From NCBI GenBank assembly GCA_015680685.1, contig MNCI01001919.1, positions 342,079 to 406,078 on the forward strand: a stretch of 64,000 bases of DNA, given 5' to 3'. Positions 37,492-51,098 of the stretch are shown here, piece by piece (within the stretch, counting starts at the first letter, position 1; the number at the start of each line of letters is the position of its first letter). Below the pieces are notes generated by a model that saw nothing but the letters and a program-made list of their open reading frames with translations, was not told the origin of the DNA and did not search any database. The DNA is from Gnetum montanum (lineage: Eukaryota > Plantae > Gnetophyta). The position numbers and the translations under genes were made by a program.

Positions 37492-39026
37492 TGAAACACT
37501 ATAAAAATTTCGAAGCCTCAATAGTTTAGCAAAATCTTACAATTCACGTAAGGATTTGCAACAAGTCGTGGCTCAGCAAGTTCCCTTCTCGGCTAAGGGT
37601 CTGTTACGCCACACTATGCAACGTAGCGTAATAGACTCCAGAGGATAGAACAAGACAAGGGGTGCGCAATGGTAAGCCTTCAACTTTGCAAGTTAGCTAT
37701 GTTTCAAAAATTTTAACTTTTAACGTATTACGCTGCATTACGCAATGCAACATAATGTAGTGTAACGCAGTGTAATGCAAGAAGATAGTGCATCTAGTCA
37801 AAACAACAGAGATAGTAAAATTTGAGACCTCGATGGTCTAGCAAAATCTCAAGGCTCAAGCAAGGATCTGCAACATGTCGCACATCTTAGAAAGTTTTCC
37901 TTTTTTCAGCTAAGGGTCTATTATGCTATATTATGTAGTGTAGCGTAATAAACCCTAGAAATATTGAATAGAAACAAGGAAAGCATGACGAAAACACTTC
38001 AATTTTTTGCAGGTTTGCTATCTTACGCTGAATTACGCTATGCAGCGTAATGTAGCATGATGCAGCGTAATACAAGCAACAACAGAGATAACACAATCCA
38101 GGCATCAACAGTTCATATGTCATGATACGCTCTCTAGCATATTACAGCGTAATCGCAGAACAGTTTGTTACCAAAGCTCCAGCAAAGGTAGATTACAACA
38201 CATTATGCTTCAGAGTGTAACGCAGCATAGCACCACGAGCTTCAAATACAAATGCATCAAGTCAATAGCATTTTGTAGGTTTAGGACACACTTCATCTAA
38301 ACCACATTTTTCTCTTGAACCTAACCTTATAAATACTCCAGTTGACAAGGATCAAAGGGTTGGCAAAAAATTTTTCTCGATTGGTAAATTTTCTCAGTGA
38401 GCAATTTTCTTTCATTGGCAATTTTTGACAACTTTTGGCAAAGATTGATAAGAGAACAAAAGAAGATCAGTGATCGTAAGAGCATCAAAGATGATTGACA
38501 AGAATCTTTAATTAGAAACAGCTAGTTAGCGAATATTCTGCTTCGAGTCTAACTCCCTTGCACCCAGATTGGCTAGAACAAGGTAGATCAACCTTTTTCT
38601 TGTTTTATCTTTAAATAGCTTTCCTATTCTTGGCATGTGCTTTGTCTAAACTGAAGTTCTCCTGTAATCATTGTATCCAACATATTTTTTTATAAGCTAA
38701 CTCCCAGATCTTGGGATTGCACACTCTCTAAATCTGGTTTCTTGCATCCTATCTATATAGATTTTGCAATCACTTTGAATCGTTTACATTGCTCTCAATT
38801 ACCTTCAAAATTAATGATATTATATCTCCTCATTGAAATCGTCATTTTGTCATCTGGTTATTACAAAATTTTATTTATTAAGTAAGTCCATGTCTGATAG
38901 ACAAGACCATTCAGGGCACCTCGGATTTGTCTTCTCCAGAATGGCCCTCGCATGGATCTGGGGTTGGAACTGTGTACATGGAACTCCGCTCAGTATTTCC
39001 AGCGATCGACATTTTACGTCGTTACA
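37492..39026 (+). repeat. 3' LTR of B
   Basis: tgaaacact...gttaca, followed by the TSD copy ATACT. Confidence 0.93.
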
Positions 39027-40490
39027 ATACTGACTATTTCCTAGCATTAAAAGATGATGTTCAATGCATGATTGATCAAGGTAAGTTGATCCTTGATGAA
39101 ACTAGTCCTATTCAACCTAAAAACTAGTCAATGAATGTTTACCTATACTCATTGAACACCAATAGCGTAGGTTATACTATCAATTCTATTAGCATTGATG
39201 ATAATATGGAGTTTACACACAAGGCATTTGTGGTCCATGTGCCTTCTCAGAGGGTTGAGGCTCCAACAACACTTCAGCAACACTCCCCTTTTGTCATCAA
39301 GATGTCAGCACAAGGGTTTGTTACCCCTTTCATGGCAAACATCCCTCAACATGCTGCCCCAACAACACAAGCACCCTTCATTATAAGGGTACCAAAGCCT
39401 ACACATTCACCACCTATTCAAAGTCCACTGGTGGGAACTGCATCATAGACTTCTCATTCAAGGAAATGTAATTAATGCCTAGCAGAGAGGTTGGCTAGAG
39501 AACGTATTGCATTAGGACCCCTGAAGCCCATCCCTTTGTTGGTAGTTCCTATGACCTCATTAGCAAAAGACACTTGTACTGAAAAACATATGAAACTATC
39601 ACCCCTTGATCCAAACAAGGTCATTGTTTAGTCCAAAGCCACACCTCCTTGGGAGATTCGTCTTCCAGGGCATATAGAAGAAGCAAAAGCCAACAAAAAA
39701 CTGGATGGTGGGTAAGATTTTCTAGATGTGCTTTCATAGGTTAGATAGGCTTTGAAACAAAAAAATACAACATTAAGCATGTATGATTTAATAATGACTT
39801 TTGTAGCCCACTATGAAGCTTTGGTTCATATGGTCGCATCTATCCCTATTAGTGAAAACATGCCACCCAAGGAGAGAGCCATCCATGGTGTTATGCTTCC
39901 ATTTATGGAGGCAGAATCCTAGCTAGCTCATCTGGTTTTTCATGACAAAGCCATCAAAGCTAACCCTGAAAAGGATCAAGTAACAATTGCCCCCATGTTT
40001 ATAACAATTCATGTAGGTCATTACAAAATTCGTAAGGTGCATGTTGATGGAGAAGCTGCAACTAATGTGATCCCATTTCCCATTGTTGACAAGTTGGGCC
40101 TGGTGGATCAGATTAAGCCCACAACAACTTCTTATTTAAAGTCATTCAACAAGGCATGTGTCATGGTTAAATGAACTATTACGATTAATTTTGTGGCTAG
40201 GGACTATTTGTCCACTAATGCAGAATTTATCGTGGTAGAGGAGATGCTTGGATTTAACTTGATCTTGGAAAGATCATGGTTAGCCTAGTTAAGGGCTATC
40301 TCCTCACTTATACACTAATAAATCCACCTACCCTACATGAGTGGAGAGGTGGTAATTTTTGATGATGACGTAGCCCCTTGGGCTATAAACAATATAAACA
40401 TGGAGCAAGGATCAGAGATAAAAATATCTGAAGATGTATCATCTATCCATACTAAAATTTGACCTATCCATACTGAAATTCTACTAGTAA
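39027..40490 (+). pseudogene. gag-pro: gag 3' part and protease of A
   Basis: Resumes TDYFLALKDDVQCMIDQGKLILD. Contains protease KVHVDGEAATNVIP and FNLILERSWL, then jumps to 3' UTR sequence. Confidence 0.85.
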
Positions 40491-41117
40491 GTCCATGATG
40501 GATGTCCCATGGGAAACCTTTGTAGGCTGGTCAAAGCCCCACATAGATGTAACACAACTCATCCTAGGGAGGAAACACCTGTCCTACAGCGACACTACGA
40601 TTGCCTTCAAATAGATATGGGTGTGAAAATTTGTTAAAAAAATAATGATAAAAAAAAAAGAGTAGAAAGAAGAAAATAAAATAAAAAAGAAAAAGAGAGA
40701 ATTAGATAAGAAAAGTGCCCAAGTTAAATGGCATAGTCATTACTTTGAAACTATCTCAACCCTGGATCAACCATCTCCAAGCATTTCGTTGAGAGGTTGA
40801 AATATAAAGGGGAAAGATACCCATGCATGATGACTCCCTCATAAACACCCTGATGAGGGATCACACCATAGCAACAGCCCTCATGGTGTCACATCCTACC
40901 TTTTTTCTTTTTCCATACATTGTTCCTTGACCCCATCTCCTCAAACCTGTCCCCTGTTCTCTCTCATACTACACTTTCCTAGCACTCTTAAGCATAGTGA
41001 AGCATCATCTAAGTGGGTACTAACGAATGGTGTTGGTGTCATTTTAGTGATGGTGTTTTTTATTCTTTATTGATGTCTCTTGGGAAAATCCTCTAGACAT
41101 CGACAAAGAGGGGCTAG

Positions 41118-43224
41118 TGAAACACCATCAATTTTTGGCTCTCGTGGCTCAGCATGAGATCTACTCAAGCATGATGGGCCACATAGATCACGTAGCACCT
41201 TACAAGTCCAAATGGCTACAAAGTTCTCTCTAAGCCTGTCTACTATGCTCTTCAACATAGTGAGTGTAGCACCACTTACAAGGCTAGTTTGCACAAAGGG
41301 GCACTGTGGGTGGACCATACAGTTCACCAAATTTTCTATCTCTTAGGCCATCCTAGTCGTTGGTCCACCCAAGTACTAGGCTAAGAGCAGTTAAAAGTGT
41401 TTAGGATTTGCAAAATAGTTTGGAAAATTTTCTATTTTTGACTTGTTATGCTATGCTACGTTGCACAACGTAGACAGTATAGTAGGCCATGTGGTGCTGA
41501 AACTTTTTCTAAGTGTTGAACCAAACATAGAAGATGCATTTGGACAATTTTTTGACTTCTAAGGATGCCTATCCTACTGCATCCTTGGAGTATGGTTAGC
41601 ATGACATGGAAGAATTTGGCAAGTGGCACAAAATTCATCCTATTTTGGATGCTATGCTGTGCTACGCTACACAGCATAGCACAACATAGTAGGATGCCAA
41701 CATTAACAACATCCTCCCTCAAGTTTTTTTGACATGGAAAACACACTTCACCATTCGTCAGCCTGCAATGCTGCTTGTCCAACTTCATCCTCAGAACATG
41801 GCCAAGGTCCCATGGTAGAGCATTGTAGATTAAGTTAAAATTCATGCAATATTGGGTGCTACGCTGTGTTGCACTACATAATGTAGCACAACATAGCAGA
41901 GATATCAAAGCTAAAAAGTGTCCTAAGAATGAAATTGAGAATCTCAGGCTCTTTTGACATGGAAGGCATGGTTGCTAATTATTGAAGTTGCTTGTCTTGC
42001 TAGGTCTCAAAATGATATTTTCAATTTTTGACAACATTCATTCACAAAGGGGTTGCCACGCTGTGTAGCGTAGCACAACATAGCAAGCCAGTGTTCATGC
42101 TACTTTCCTACACTGGACACCGTAAACAGTGTATCACTTGAGAAGAAGCCTCAAGACCTCTCCAAAAATTCTAGAACTCATTGTTGATGGTTATTTTTGC
42201 TCTAGCATGCCCTCAATAGCCAAGATCAGTAGTTTGCTTTATTTTTGCACCCCTTGTTGATCCTCAAAAGTTGTGCCTATGCTTGACCCTACTCGAAAGA
42301 GAAGGGAAGATGTAGTCCCAGAGTGTAGGCTCCAATTTGTGTTTGTTCTAGACACTCTTGTAAAAATGTGGTAGTCTCAAATTTTGGCACATGCACTCTG
42401 GGTAATGTGGTCACAGTTACATAGTTGTTCCTGCTCTCGCTCTTGTTCCATTCAGAATAGCATATCATCATAGCACCACACTTTGAGCATAGCACACTAG
42501 CGTGACACATCCACATTCATGCTATGTGGGACCTAGGACACGTGGCATCCAAACCATGTCACTTTCTCAAAACTAGGCTCTATAAATATCCTAGTAAATG
42601 AAATTCTAAGGGTTGGCTTTTGCAGTTGGCTTTGGCAGAAGGTTGGCAAGAAGAAGGTTGATGAGCGGCAAATCCTAGCATTAGAGCCTTCCAAATCTCT
42701 CTTCAACTTGAGTGTAGCAACTGTCTGTCTAAAAAGCATTAGCTCATTTGTTCCTACCAGCATCACATCTGTAGCATCCTAGAAGTTGTGACTGTATTGC
42801 TCTGTTGCTCAGTTGTGTTTGTCCAAAGCTGGTCTCTAGTTGTACACATCCATCATTCAATCAAGAGTCAAGTCCCCCAATCTCGAGGTGATGCATTTTC
42901 TTGAATTCTCATTTTACTTTTCTATAGCATACATGTTGCACTATCGTGTATTTATTTGTGTTTATTGCCACTATTATGTACATTGATACGCTTCTACTGT
43001 TGTGCATGCTACATTCTTACTTATTTCAACTTCTATGTGTAACATGATAAAAATATTATTTACAAATGTAATTGAACATCATGTAAGTACTTGTCTGATT
43101 GACCAAACCATTTAGGATGCCCCATTTTCATTTTCTCTAGCACAATCCTCCTATAGACTCAGGGTTAGATTGTGCACCTGATAACCTCTCAGTGTTCTAG
43201 CCACTGACATTTTCAGACACTACA
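41118..43224 (+). repeat. 3' LTR of A (PPT aaagaggggct at ~41105-41115)
   Basis: tgaaacacc...actaca, homologous to 12372-14451. Confidence 0.9.
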
Positions 43225-43229
43225 GTTTT

Positions 43230-44391
43230 TTATGGGCTACTATGTGCTAGGTAGTGGTGCAAAGGTGTCCTTGAGGTGTAGAGTGTTTTGGGGGTGCGAG
43301 GTGCTCCAAATGACTTTGATGCCAAATGATGCTTGGGTTTGCCAAACGGATGTAAGGATTGCCAATCAAAATGCCAAAATGCCAATTGCCAAATGAAATT
43401 GCCAACCCCTAAAACATGAGGTGTAGGGGTATTTATAGGACAAGGGTTAACATGAAATTTGGATTAGGTGCCATGTGGCAAAAGGGGTAGTTGGGGCTAT
43501 GCTAGATCTAACTATGCTCCCACTAGAGTAATTGGTGCTACACTCTAGTGTGCTTCAATGGACCCCAAGAGACTACCAAACCATGACGAAGCTACCAAGA
43601 TCACATGTGGTAGTGTTGAAAAGAATGTAATGTACCTACAAGTAGTGCAACCTAGTGTAATTTGGAGGCTAAGCTTTGGGACTACGCTCTTCCCTCTTTT
43701 GAGTGAAGTTGAGTGTAGGTACAATTTTGGGATAAATAGGGGGTGAAAAAGAGATGAAAATTGCTAATCTTACTTGTTGGAGGAATGTTGAGGCTGAGAT
43801 GGAGGTCAGTGTTAAGCTCTAGAAGCTTTTGGAGGTTGTTTTGCATTACTACATTAGCTATGCTCTACAGTGTAACCTAATAGTTAGGAAAATTCTGCAA
43901 AAATTGAAGTCCAATGCTAGCTACACTGGCTACACTCTAGAGCATAGTGAGAAAATTAAGAGCATACCATTGAAACTTAGAAGAAATTAGCAAAACTTGC
44001 AGCCCTCATCCAAGCTATGCTGGCTATGCTCTGGAGCATAGTAGAAGGGGTAACCTCAATAGTTATAAAAAAAAACCAAAATGCTTTTTCCTAACTTGAT
44101 AGCTTCTAGCTTGATACTTACACAAATTGGACATTGAAATGCATGCTATGTTGGCTATGATCTAGAGCCTGGTAGGGAGAATGGGAGTGTAGCATGACAC
44201 TTAGAAAATTTTTGCCACTGCTATAGACACTTAGAAAATTTTGCAATAATGGTTCTATGCTACAGGCTATGCTGACTACACTTTGGAGCATAGTCCAAAT
44301 AGTGGAGGGATGGGCCAAATACTTAAAAAAATTTTAACACTTAGACAAATTTTCCATTGAGGTGTTATTGCCAAAATTTGGTGGTGTTTCA
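43230..44391 (-). repeat. 3' LTR of D, proximal part (PPT at 44394-44404)
   Basis: Collinear with ~61550-62697. Ends ggtgtttca (TGAAACACC on minus) next to ggcccctcttt. Confidence 0.88.
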
Positions 44392-46059
44392 TTGGCCCCT
44401 CTTTGTCAACATTTGGAGGAGTGGCCCAAGAGATGTCAACAAAGAACCTGAAACACCACAGCAGGCATGGCACCAACATTCCTTGTTAGTACTTGGTCGA
44501 ATGGTACTTCACTAGGCTTAAGAGTGCTAAAGGTAATGGTATGCTAAAGGTAATGGATGTAGGGAATTGGCTTGGGATGACAAGGAAGGATTGAGATATA
44601 AGTGGTATATCATGGTACAAGTTGCAGAGTTAGCACGGTCAACCATGATCATGGCACCAGGGTGGCTTGTTACCAAAATGGTGACCTGTTGTTAGAATGC
44701 TTGTGAGAGAGCTATTGCCCATAGCACCAAGATGGCTTACCCCTAACATGTTGACCTCTTGTGAGAGTGCTTATAAGAAGGATAATGCGAATTTAGCGTT
44801 GGACCAGTTGCAAAATTGCAGCTTTGCTAAATTTTGCTAGGGGACATGTTTTACCCCTTCTTGCCTTTTTGCCCCTTTTTTTGGAGTTTTATACTTTTTT
44901 CTTTAACTTTTTGCTTTTTTTTTTTCTTTGCAAAATGGTAGCTGCAAGATGCTTATCATTGAGTGGAACGTAGTCCACTTGATGGGCTTTGCCCAAAGGC
45001 AACCACATTGCATTTGTAGGATAGGTGTTTCCTTTGTAGGATGAGTTACATTACATCCACTTGGGCTTTGACCAATCCATAGAGAATCCTCATTGGATGA
45101 GTTGCATTACATCTATCATGGGGTTTATGGTTGATTGAAAGAAGAGTTCCATGTGCATTGGAGAAGCTTGTAGGAGAGGTGAGGAAATGTGAGGTATAGG
45201 GGTAAATGCAAGTGGGCTATAGTGAGGTAATAGGAATGTGCACTCTTGAGTGGCTTGGCAAGTCTAACTAGGCACATTGAAGTAATGTGGTCAATTGCCA
45301 TTTCGATGAAACATGCCTCTAAATGACTACCTCTGGGGATTTGTCCTGCAAACACAATGTAGAAAAAACAAGAAAACAACCACACAACATGAGATAAGAG
45401 CAAATTGTTAGTTGCGAGGGCACTACAAGTGCTATGAGTGCTAGACTAGTTGCAAGAGCTTGCAGTGCTAAAGTAAGAAGGCCAATGTGGGGGTTGAAGC
45501 TAGAAGGCTACAAAAGCTCCAGTAGCCACATCAAAAACAAGCACCCCAAGCAGGGCCAACAAGGTAGTTAAGGGTGATGGTGATGTAGGTACTTGAGACT
45601 CCACACCAAGAATAGGAGCATGGAAATCTAGCAAAATGGCAAAGAGCTAGGATGCTGAATGCGCTTACAACCCCTAGTAATGGTAAGGGCTAGAAGACAA
45701 TGGTAAGGTGGCTGGGCCATAGTATTGTTGGAACTTTAGTGAGTGGTGCTGATGGTGAGAGCTCTAACCAATAATGAAGTACCCAAGGCCAATAATGTTA
45801 TTGGTGTTTCTAGGGGATGGTACCACTAGTGATGGTGGTGGGAGCTCTAGAAGGTTATTAAAATCATCAAGGGAATCTCTAGAGGATCAGCAAAATGCTA
45901 AGGGTTATAATGCTGATGATGTGAACTCTATTCTAGAATTGCAACACTTTGCCTTGCTTTGATTGCAAGGTGTAGGTAGATTATGGAGAATCAAAAGTAT
46001 TTGCTTTTGTTTTGTCTGTAGAACTATGTGTGTTGAGTTGTGCATGCTAAATTGCAAAT

Positions 46060-46725
46060 TGATTTTAAGGTCCTAGTAGACCACATGTTGTGCTAATTTA
46101 AGGTCCTAGTAGATCGTGAACTTAGTTTAAGGTCCTAGTAGACCATGATATGCTAGTTCATAGTCCTAGTAGACTATTGTGTGCTAGTTTAATGTCATAG
46201 TGGATGGTGGATGTTGTGCCACTTTAACGTCATGACGCAAGGATGAACTATGCTAGTTTATAGTTATAGTGGACTCTCTATTTCTATTTAACATCATAGA
46301 AGATGCTCTGTGCTAGTTTAATGTCATAGAGGATGCTCTGTGCTAGTTTAACATCATAACGGATGCTTTGTGCCAGTTGATAATCATAGTGGACTCTCTG
46401 TGCCAGTTTGACATTGTAGCAGATGTCCTATGCTAGTTTAATATCATAGTAGACTCTTTGTGCTAGTTTAACATCGTAGTGGATTTTTTGTGCTAGTTTA
46501 ACATCATAGCAGATGCTCTATGCTAATTTAACATTGTAGCAGACTCTCTGTGCTAGTTTAACATCATAGCAAATACTTTGTGCTAGTTTAACATTATAGT
46601 AGATGCTTTGTGCTAGTTTATAGTCATAGTGAACTCTCTGTGCTAGTTTAACATTATAGTAGATGCTTTGTGCTAGTTTATAGTCATAGTAAACTCTCTG
46701 TGCTAGTTTAACATCATACAGGATG
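46060..46725. repeat. ~30-40-bp tandem array in the 3' UTR of D
   Basis: More than 15 copies of a tgtgctagttta(acat/tagt)catag-like core. Confidence 0.93.
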
Positions 46726-46764
46726 CTTGCTTACCTTAATTTTTCATTGATGTAGCATTGTGTA

Positions 46765-49700
46765 CTAGGCATAATACATATTTAAGTATGAATGGTTGAT
46801 CGGATTAGTAGACTCTTTGCCATCTAAGCCAACAAGCTTGAATGCTCTATTTTCATAGGCCTTGGAGACCAAGAAAGGCCCTTTCTAGTTGGCTAAGAAT
46901 TTATCCAGGGGTTTTTGAATGACCTTGAGAACTAAGTACCCCTCTTGATTGAGTGTTGATGCTGATTGTGGTGGTGCTTTTACCATTGCTTTTCTTGGTA
47001 CCATGCGATGTGGTTAAGTGTCTACATGCGCTTCTTCTCTATAGAGTTGAGATCAATGATTCTCAACTCGTTGTTCTAAGCCTCATCAATGAAGCTTGAG
47101 AAGATCACATGGAGCAATGAGACCTATAATTCAAGAGGCAAAATCACTTTAGACCCATACACAAGGCTATATGGTGTCTTACCTATTGTTGTTCTGCATG
47201 TTGTGCAGTAGGCCCATAGTGCATAGACTAGTTGCTTGTTCCATCATCGTTTGTTGATACTAAGCATCTTCTTTAGAAGGTTCATGATGACTTTGTTTAT
47301 ATCCTCTTCTTGTCCATTCACCTATGGGTAGTATGGTGATGAATAGGAATGGTTAATGCCAAGGTGTTCATAAAAGGCCTTGGTTTCTGCACTACTAAAC
47401 TGTGGCCCAGTGTCTATGACTATAGTCATGGGTAAAACAAATTGGGTCACTATGTTTTCAAGGATGAATTTGAAAACCTATTACAATGTTATTTTCCTAA
47501 GGGGAATAGCCTCAACTTACTTGGTAAAGTATTTGGTTGTAGTTATGATGAAGCTATATCCTGTGAAAGACTTAGGTGTGATAGGTCCTATGATATTCAA
47601 CCCCCAATGTTGGAATAGCCACATAATCTATGTGGTGTGTATTTCAATGGGTGGCACATGCATTATGTTGTAATTCCATTGATACACATCACATGTCTTG
47701 ACCTTGGAAATGAAATTGTGCTATATGTAAGGCCAATAGTAGAATAAGCATTTGATTTTCGATGCCATTACCTTGGGTGCTATGTGACCTTCGCACCATC
47801 CCTCATGAACTTGATAAATGATCATTTGCACTTTGCTATCACTAACATAGGTTAGTAGTATGCCATTATAAGATCTATGACATAGTGTGTTATCACCTAT
47901 GAGGACATACTACTGTGACCATTTTCACACTACATATTTTTGGGTAGTGGCTACATGTTGTTAAAGCTCACCATGTTGAAGGTACACCTTAATGTCATCA
48001 TACCATTCTTTTGCATGAGTTGTGCTTATTGTGGCTACGAATGAAATGTTAGTTATTTTTGTAATAGGCTTAGTGAAATCCATTACTGAGGCAAGCAAGG
48101 CATGAAACATGTTAGGTGCAATGTTTAAGGTTAAGGTGGCTAATGCGTCAATAATGGTGTTCTCATTATGAGGAATGTGTTGGATATCTATGGTTGCAAA
48201 TTGTTTGAGAAAGTGATTTGTCAAGTTGCAGTAAGGCTGTAAATGTTATGATTTGCAAGCATAAACCTCTGTAACTTCATTAACAACTAACTATGAATTG
48301 CCTCAGATCACTAGGTTTTGGATTCTTAAATCATAGGCTACTAAGATGCCTCTAAGGAGACCCTTGTACTCTGCTACATTGTTGGTGTAAGGAAATGCAA
48401 ACATGATTATAGTAGTAGCATTACCTCCTTGAGAGGTTGAAGCACCATTAAAGTGTAAGACTACCTCAAAGTTGGTAGGAACTTGGCTTATGCTACTAAT
48501 ATGCTCATTCAGAAATTTTTAATCTATTGTTGCTTGGTCATTTATTGTGAAGCTGTGAGTTGTGTAGCTATTTCTTGACCTTTAGTTGATGCTTGTGCTA
48601 TGTAGTGCAAATCAAACTTTGTGGTTACTACTTTCCACCATGCAAACTTACTACTTTTGTAAATGTTTATGATGATTGCTCGAAGTACATTACTTTTGTA
48701 GATGATGTTTAGCTAACTGTAGTAAAGATAGTGCCTCCACTTCTTAAGCATAAAGACAAAGACAAGGTAATTCTTTTCCACATTGTTGTATTTTTCTTCA
48801 TGGTCCACTAATGCATGGCTTAGGTAGTATATAGGATGTTTAAGCCATCATCTCACTTTTGGCAAAGTAGAGAGGTAATGGACATGTTGGAGGTTGCAAG
48901 GTAGATGTGGAATGGTTTATCTCCTTGTAGAGGGTAGACTGTAGGAAGTTGAGCCAACTCTTGTTTAAGGTTATCAAATGCCTCTTGGCATTAATTAGTT
49001 CACTCGAAGTGGACTCCCTTTTTGAGTAGATGGTGCATTGGATGTAGCTTGTTAGTTATGTAATAAACCTACAAATGAATTGCAATCTACCTTGTAACTC
49101 ATGTAGCTCCTTAAGGTTAGTTGATGGTGCTATGTTGATAATGACCTTAATCTTATCAGGGTCTACGTGTGTGCCTACTTTTGATACTACGAAACCTAGC
49201 ATGCGACCCATCTTAACATCAAAGATACAATTCTTAGGATTTAATCTAAGGTCATATCTTAGGAAATGTTTGAGTATGTAGTCTAAGTCATCTACATGGT
49301 TGTGTGTCATTTTGGACTTAACTACTATGTCATCAACATAGTCATTAAGCAAATCCAACAAGTAATCACTAAAAATGTATGTTATGGTGCATTGATAGGT
49401 TGCTCCTATGTTCTTTAGTCTAAAAGGGATTATTGTATAGTAAAATGTACCCCAAGGGGTAATGAAGGTAGTACTGAGTTGGTGCTTCAGGTTGATACAA
49501 ATATGGTTGTAACCAAAGAACCCATCCATAAAGGACAACAAGGCATGACTAGCTGTAGTATTGATGAGTTGATCAATACTAGGCAGTAGAAAATTATCAT
49601 TAATCGTCACCTTGTTTAGGTCCCAAAAATATATGAAAATGCATATAATTCCATTTTTCTTGGGTACAACCATGATGTTGGAGACCTAGTCTATGTAGTT

Positions 49701-50225
49701 AACTACCCAAATGAAACCAACTTTGTAAAGCTTGGTGATTTCATTATGGACTACTAATGACACCTCAGGCCTAACCTTGTAAGCTTTCTACTTAATTGAT
49801 TTTATATGAGGATCAAGGATTATATTGTGCTATACAATGCAAGAATCTAGGCTTGGCATATCTTCATAAGACCATGCAAATGCCTTCATGTTGTTGTTGA
49901 GTACCTTGGTGATGTTCTAGGTGTTTTGAGGTTATAACAAGGAACCAAGTTTTAGTGTTTTTGCCTCACCACTAAGTGTCGTTATAGGGACTTCAACTAG
50001 GGAATCCTCAGTGATGTCACTTTTTTCTAGATCTAGAGATTTAACTAGATGGTCTAGCCAATCTAGTGGTGCTTCTATAAATGTTATGTGTTCATCATAG
50101 GCTCTAGGCTCAAGGTCTAGGCATTTGACATTAATGCATCATGTGAGGTTACCATGAGGCTTAGTAAGGACCATAAGTGAATGAAGATGCCCACATGTGC
50201 TCATGTTGCAATCTTGCCAAGTATC
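46765..50225 (-). pseudogene. pol: RT-RNaseH-aRNaseH-integrase of D
   Basis: ORF 49056-49673 (LSFMDGFFGYNHI, DYVDDIVVKS), aRH remnant LHFNGAS..NNVAEYKGLL, ORF 47961-48224, and integrase remnants. Confidence 0.92.
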
Positions 50226-51098
50226 CTACAAAACAACTAGAAAGAACATCAAGCCACACCTATCTTAAATGGAGTCAAAATGCATAAAATAATGATAGTA
50301 ATGTAATGAAATTCATGTAAGTGTGTAAATGTGAAGTTATAGAAACAAGTATGCAAGCTATTTTCAGGCCTTGGAAAGCCATGGGGTGCTAGTTTAAGAT
50401 CATAGAGGACCATGAGGTGCCAGTTTAAGACCATAGTGGACCATGGGGTGTGCAAGCTATGTTGGTTTAGGTAAGGTTGGGAGTGCTTGCAACATGGAGT
50501 TAGGCTAGGCGTTCACTGGGCATTTAGAAAAATTTAGAAAATTTTTCAAGTCTAGGAATTGCCAAAAAAGTGTGAAAATTTTCTAACTCTAGTTGCTACA
50601 CTCTACCCTTTGTTATGCTCAAACCCTTACTACACTCAGGAAAAAAAATTATAAAATTTTCCTAAGTGTGGGACACTATCCTAGTAGGTAGCACATTTAA
50701 TTACCTTAGAAGGGTATATATGCATATTTCACCAATAGTAAACTATCATTTTTTAAAGTGAAAACAAGAAGTTATAGAGCATAGCATGGTTAGAGTAAGG
50801 AGTGGAAGCTAGAGCATAACAACTAGAGCATAGTAGCTAGAGCATGATAGCTAGAGCGTAGCAACCAGCATGATGCACCGAAGTGAACGTTAGCACCCTA
50901 AACTTGTCAACATCGATGAGGGAGAGTAAGCACTAAGACATCTACCCTAGGCATGCATGAAGAAATGGAAGGAGCCTATTATGCTCCACCCTTTGCATAA
51001 TGTTTGCTTTGTATTTTCTTTCACCTTGCATTGGGGTTTAGGGCTTGGGGCAACTTGCCTTGGTAGGGATTGCTACCATCATGGCCACGATCATTGCC

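Larger units (their letters stand above)
19654..39026 (+). mobile_element. Tat-type LTR retrotransposon B (19.4 kb), full-length but decayed
   Basis: Paired ~1.54-kb LTRs TG...CA, TSD ATACC (19649-19653) / ATACT (39027-39031), Asn PBS and PPT. Confidence 0.93.
12372..43224 (+). mobile_element. Tat-type element A (non-autonomous, gag-PR only, duplicated 5' LTR+leader), inserted in the 3' LTR of D
   Basis: LTRs at 12372-14451, ~15040-16952 and 41118-43224. The D LTR sequence resumes after a 5-nt gap, but the two putative TSD copies match poorly (gtgac vs gtttt). Confidence 0.8.

Noticed and set aside
46060-46725. CRISPR-like regularly spaced repeats
   Set aside because: The inter-repeat segments are themselves homologous (no unique spacers), there are no cas genes, and the array is in a retrotransposon 3' UTR.
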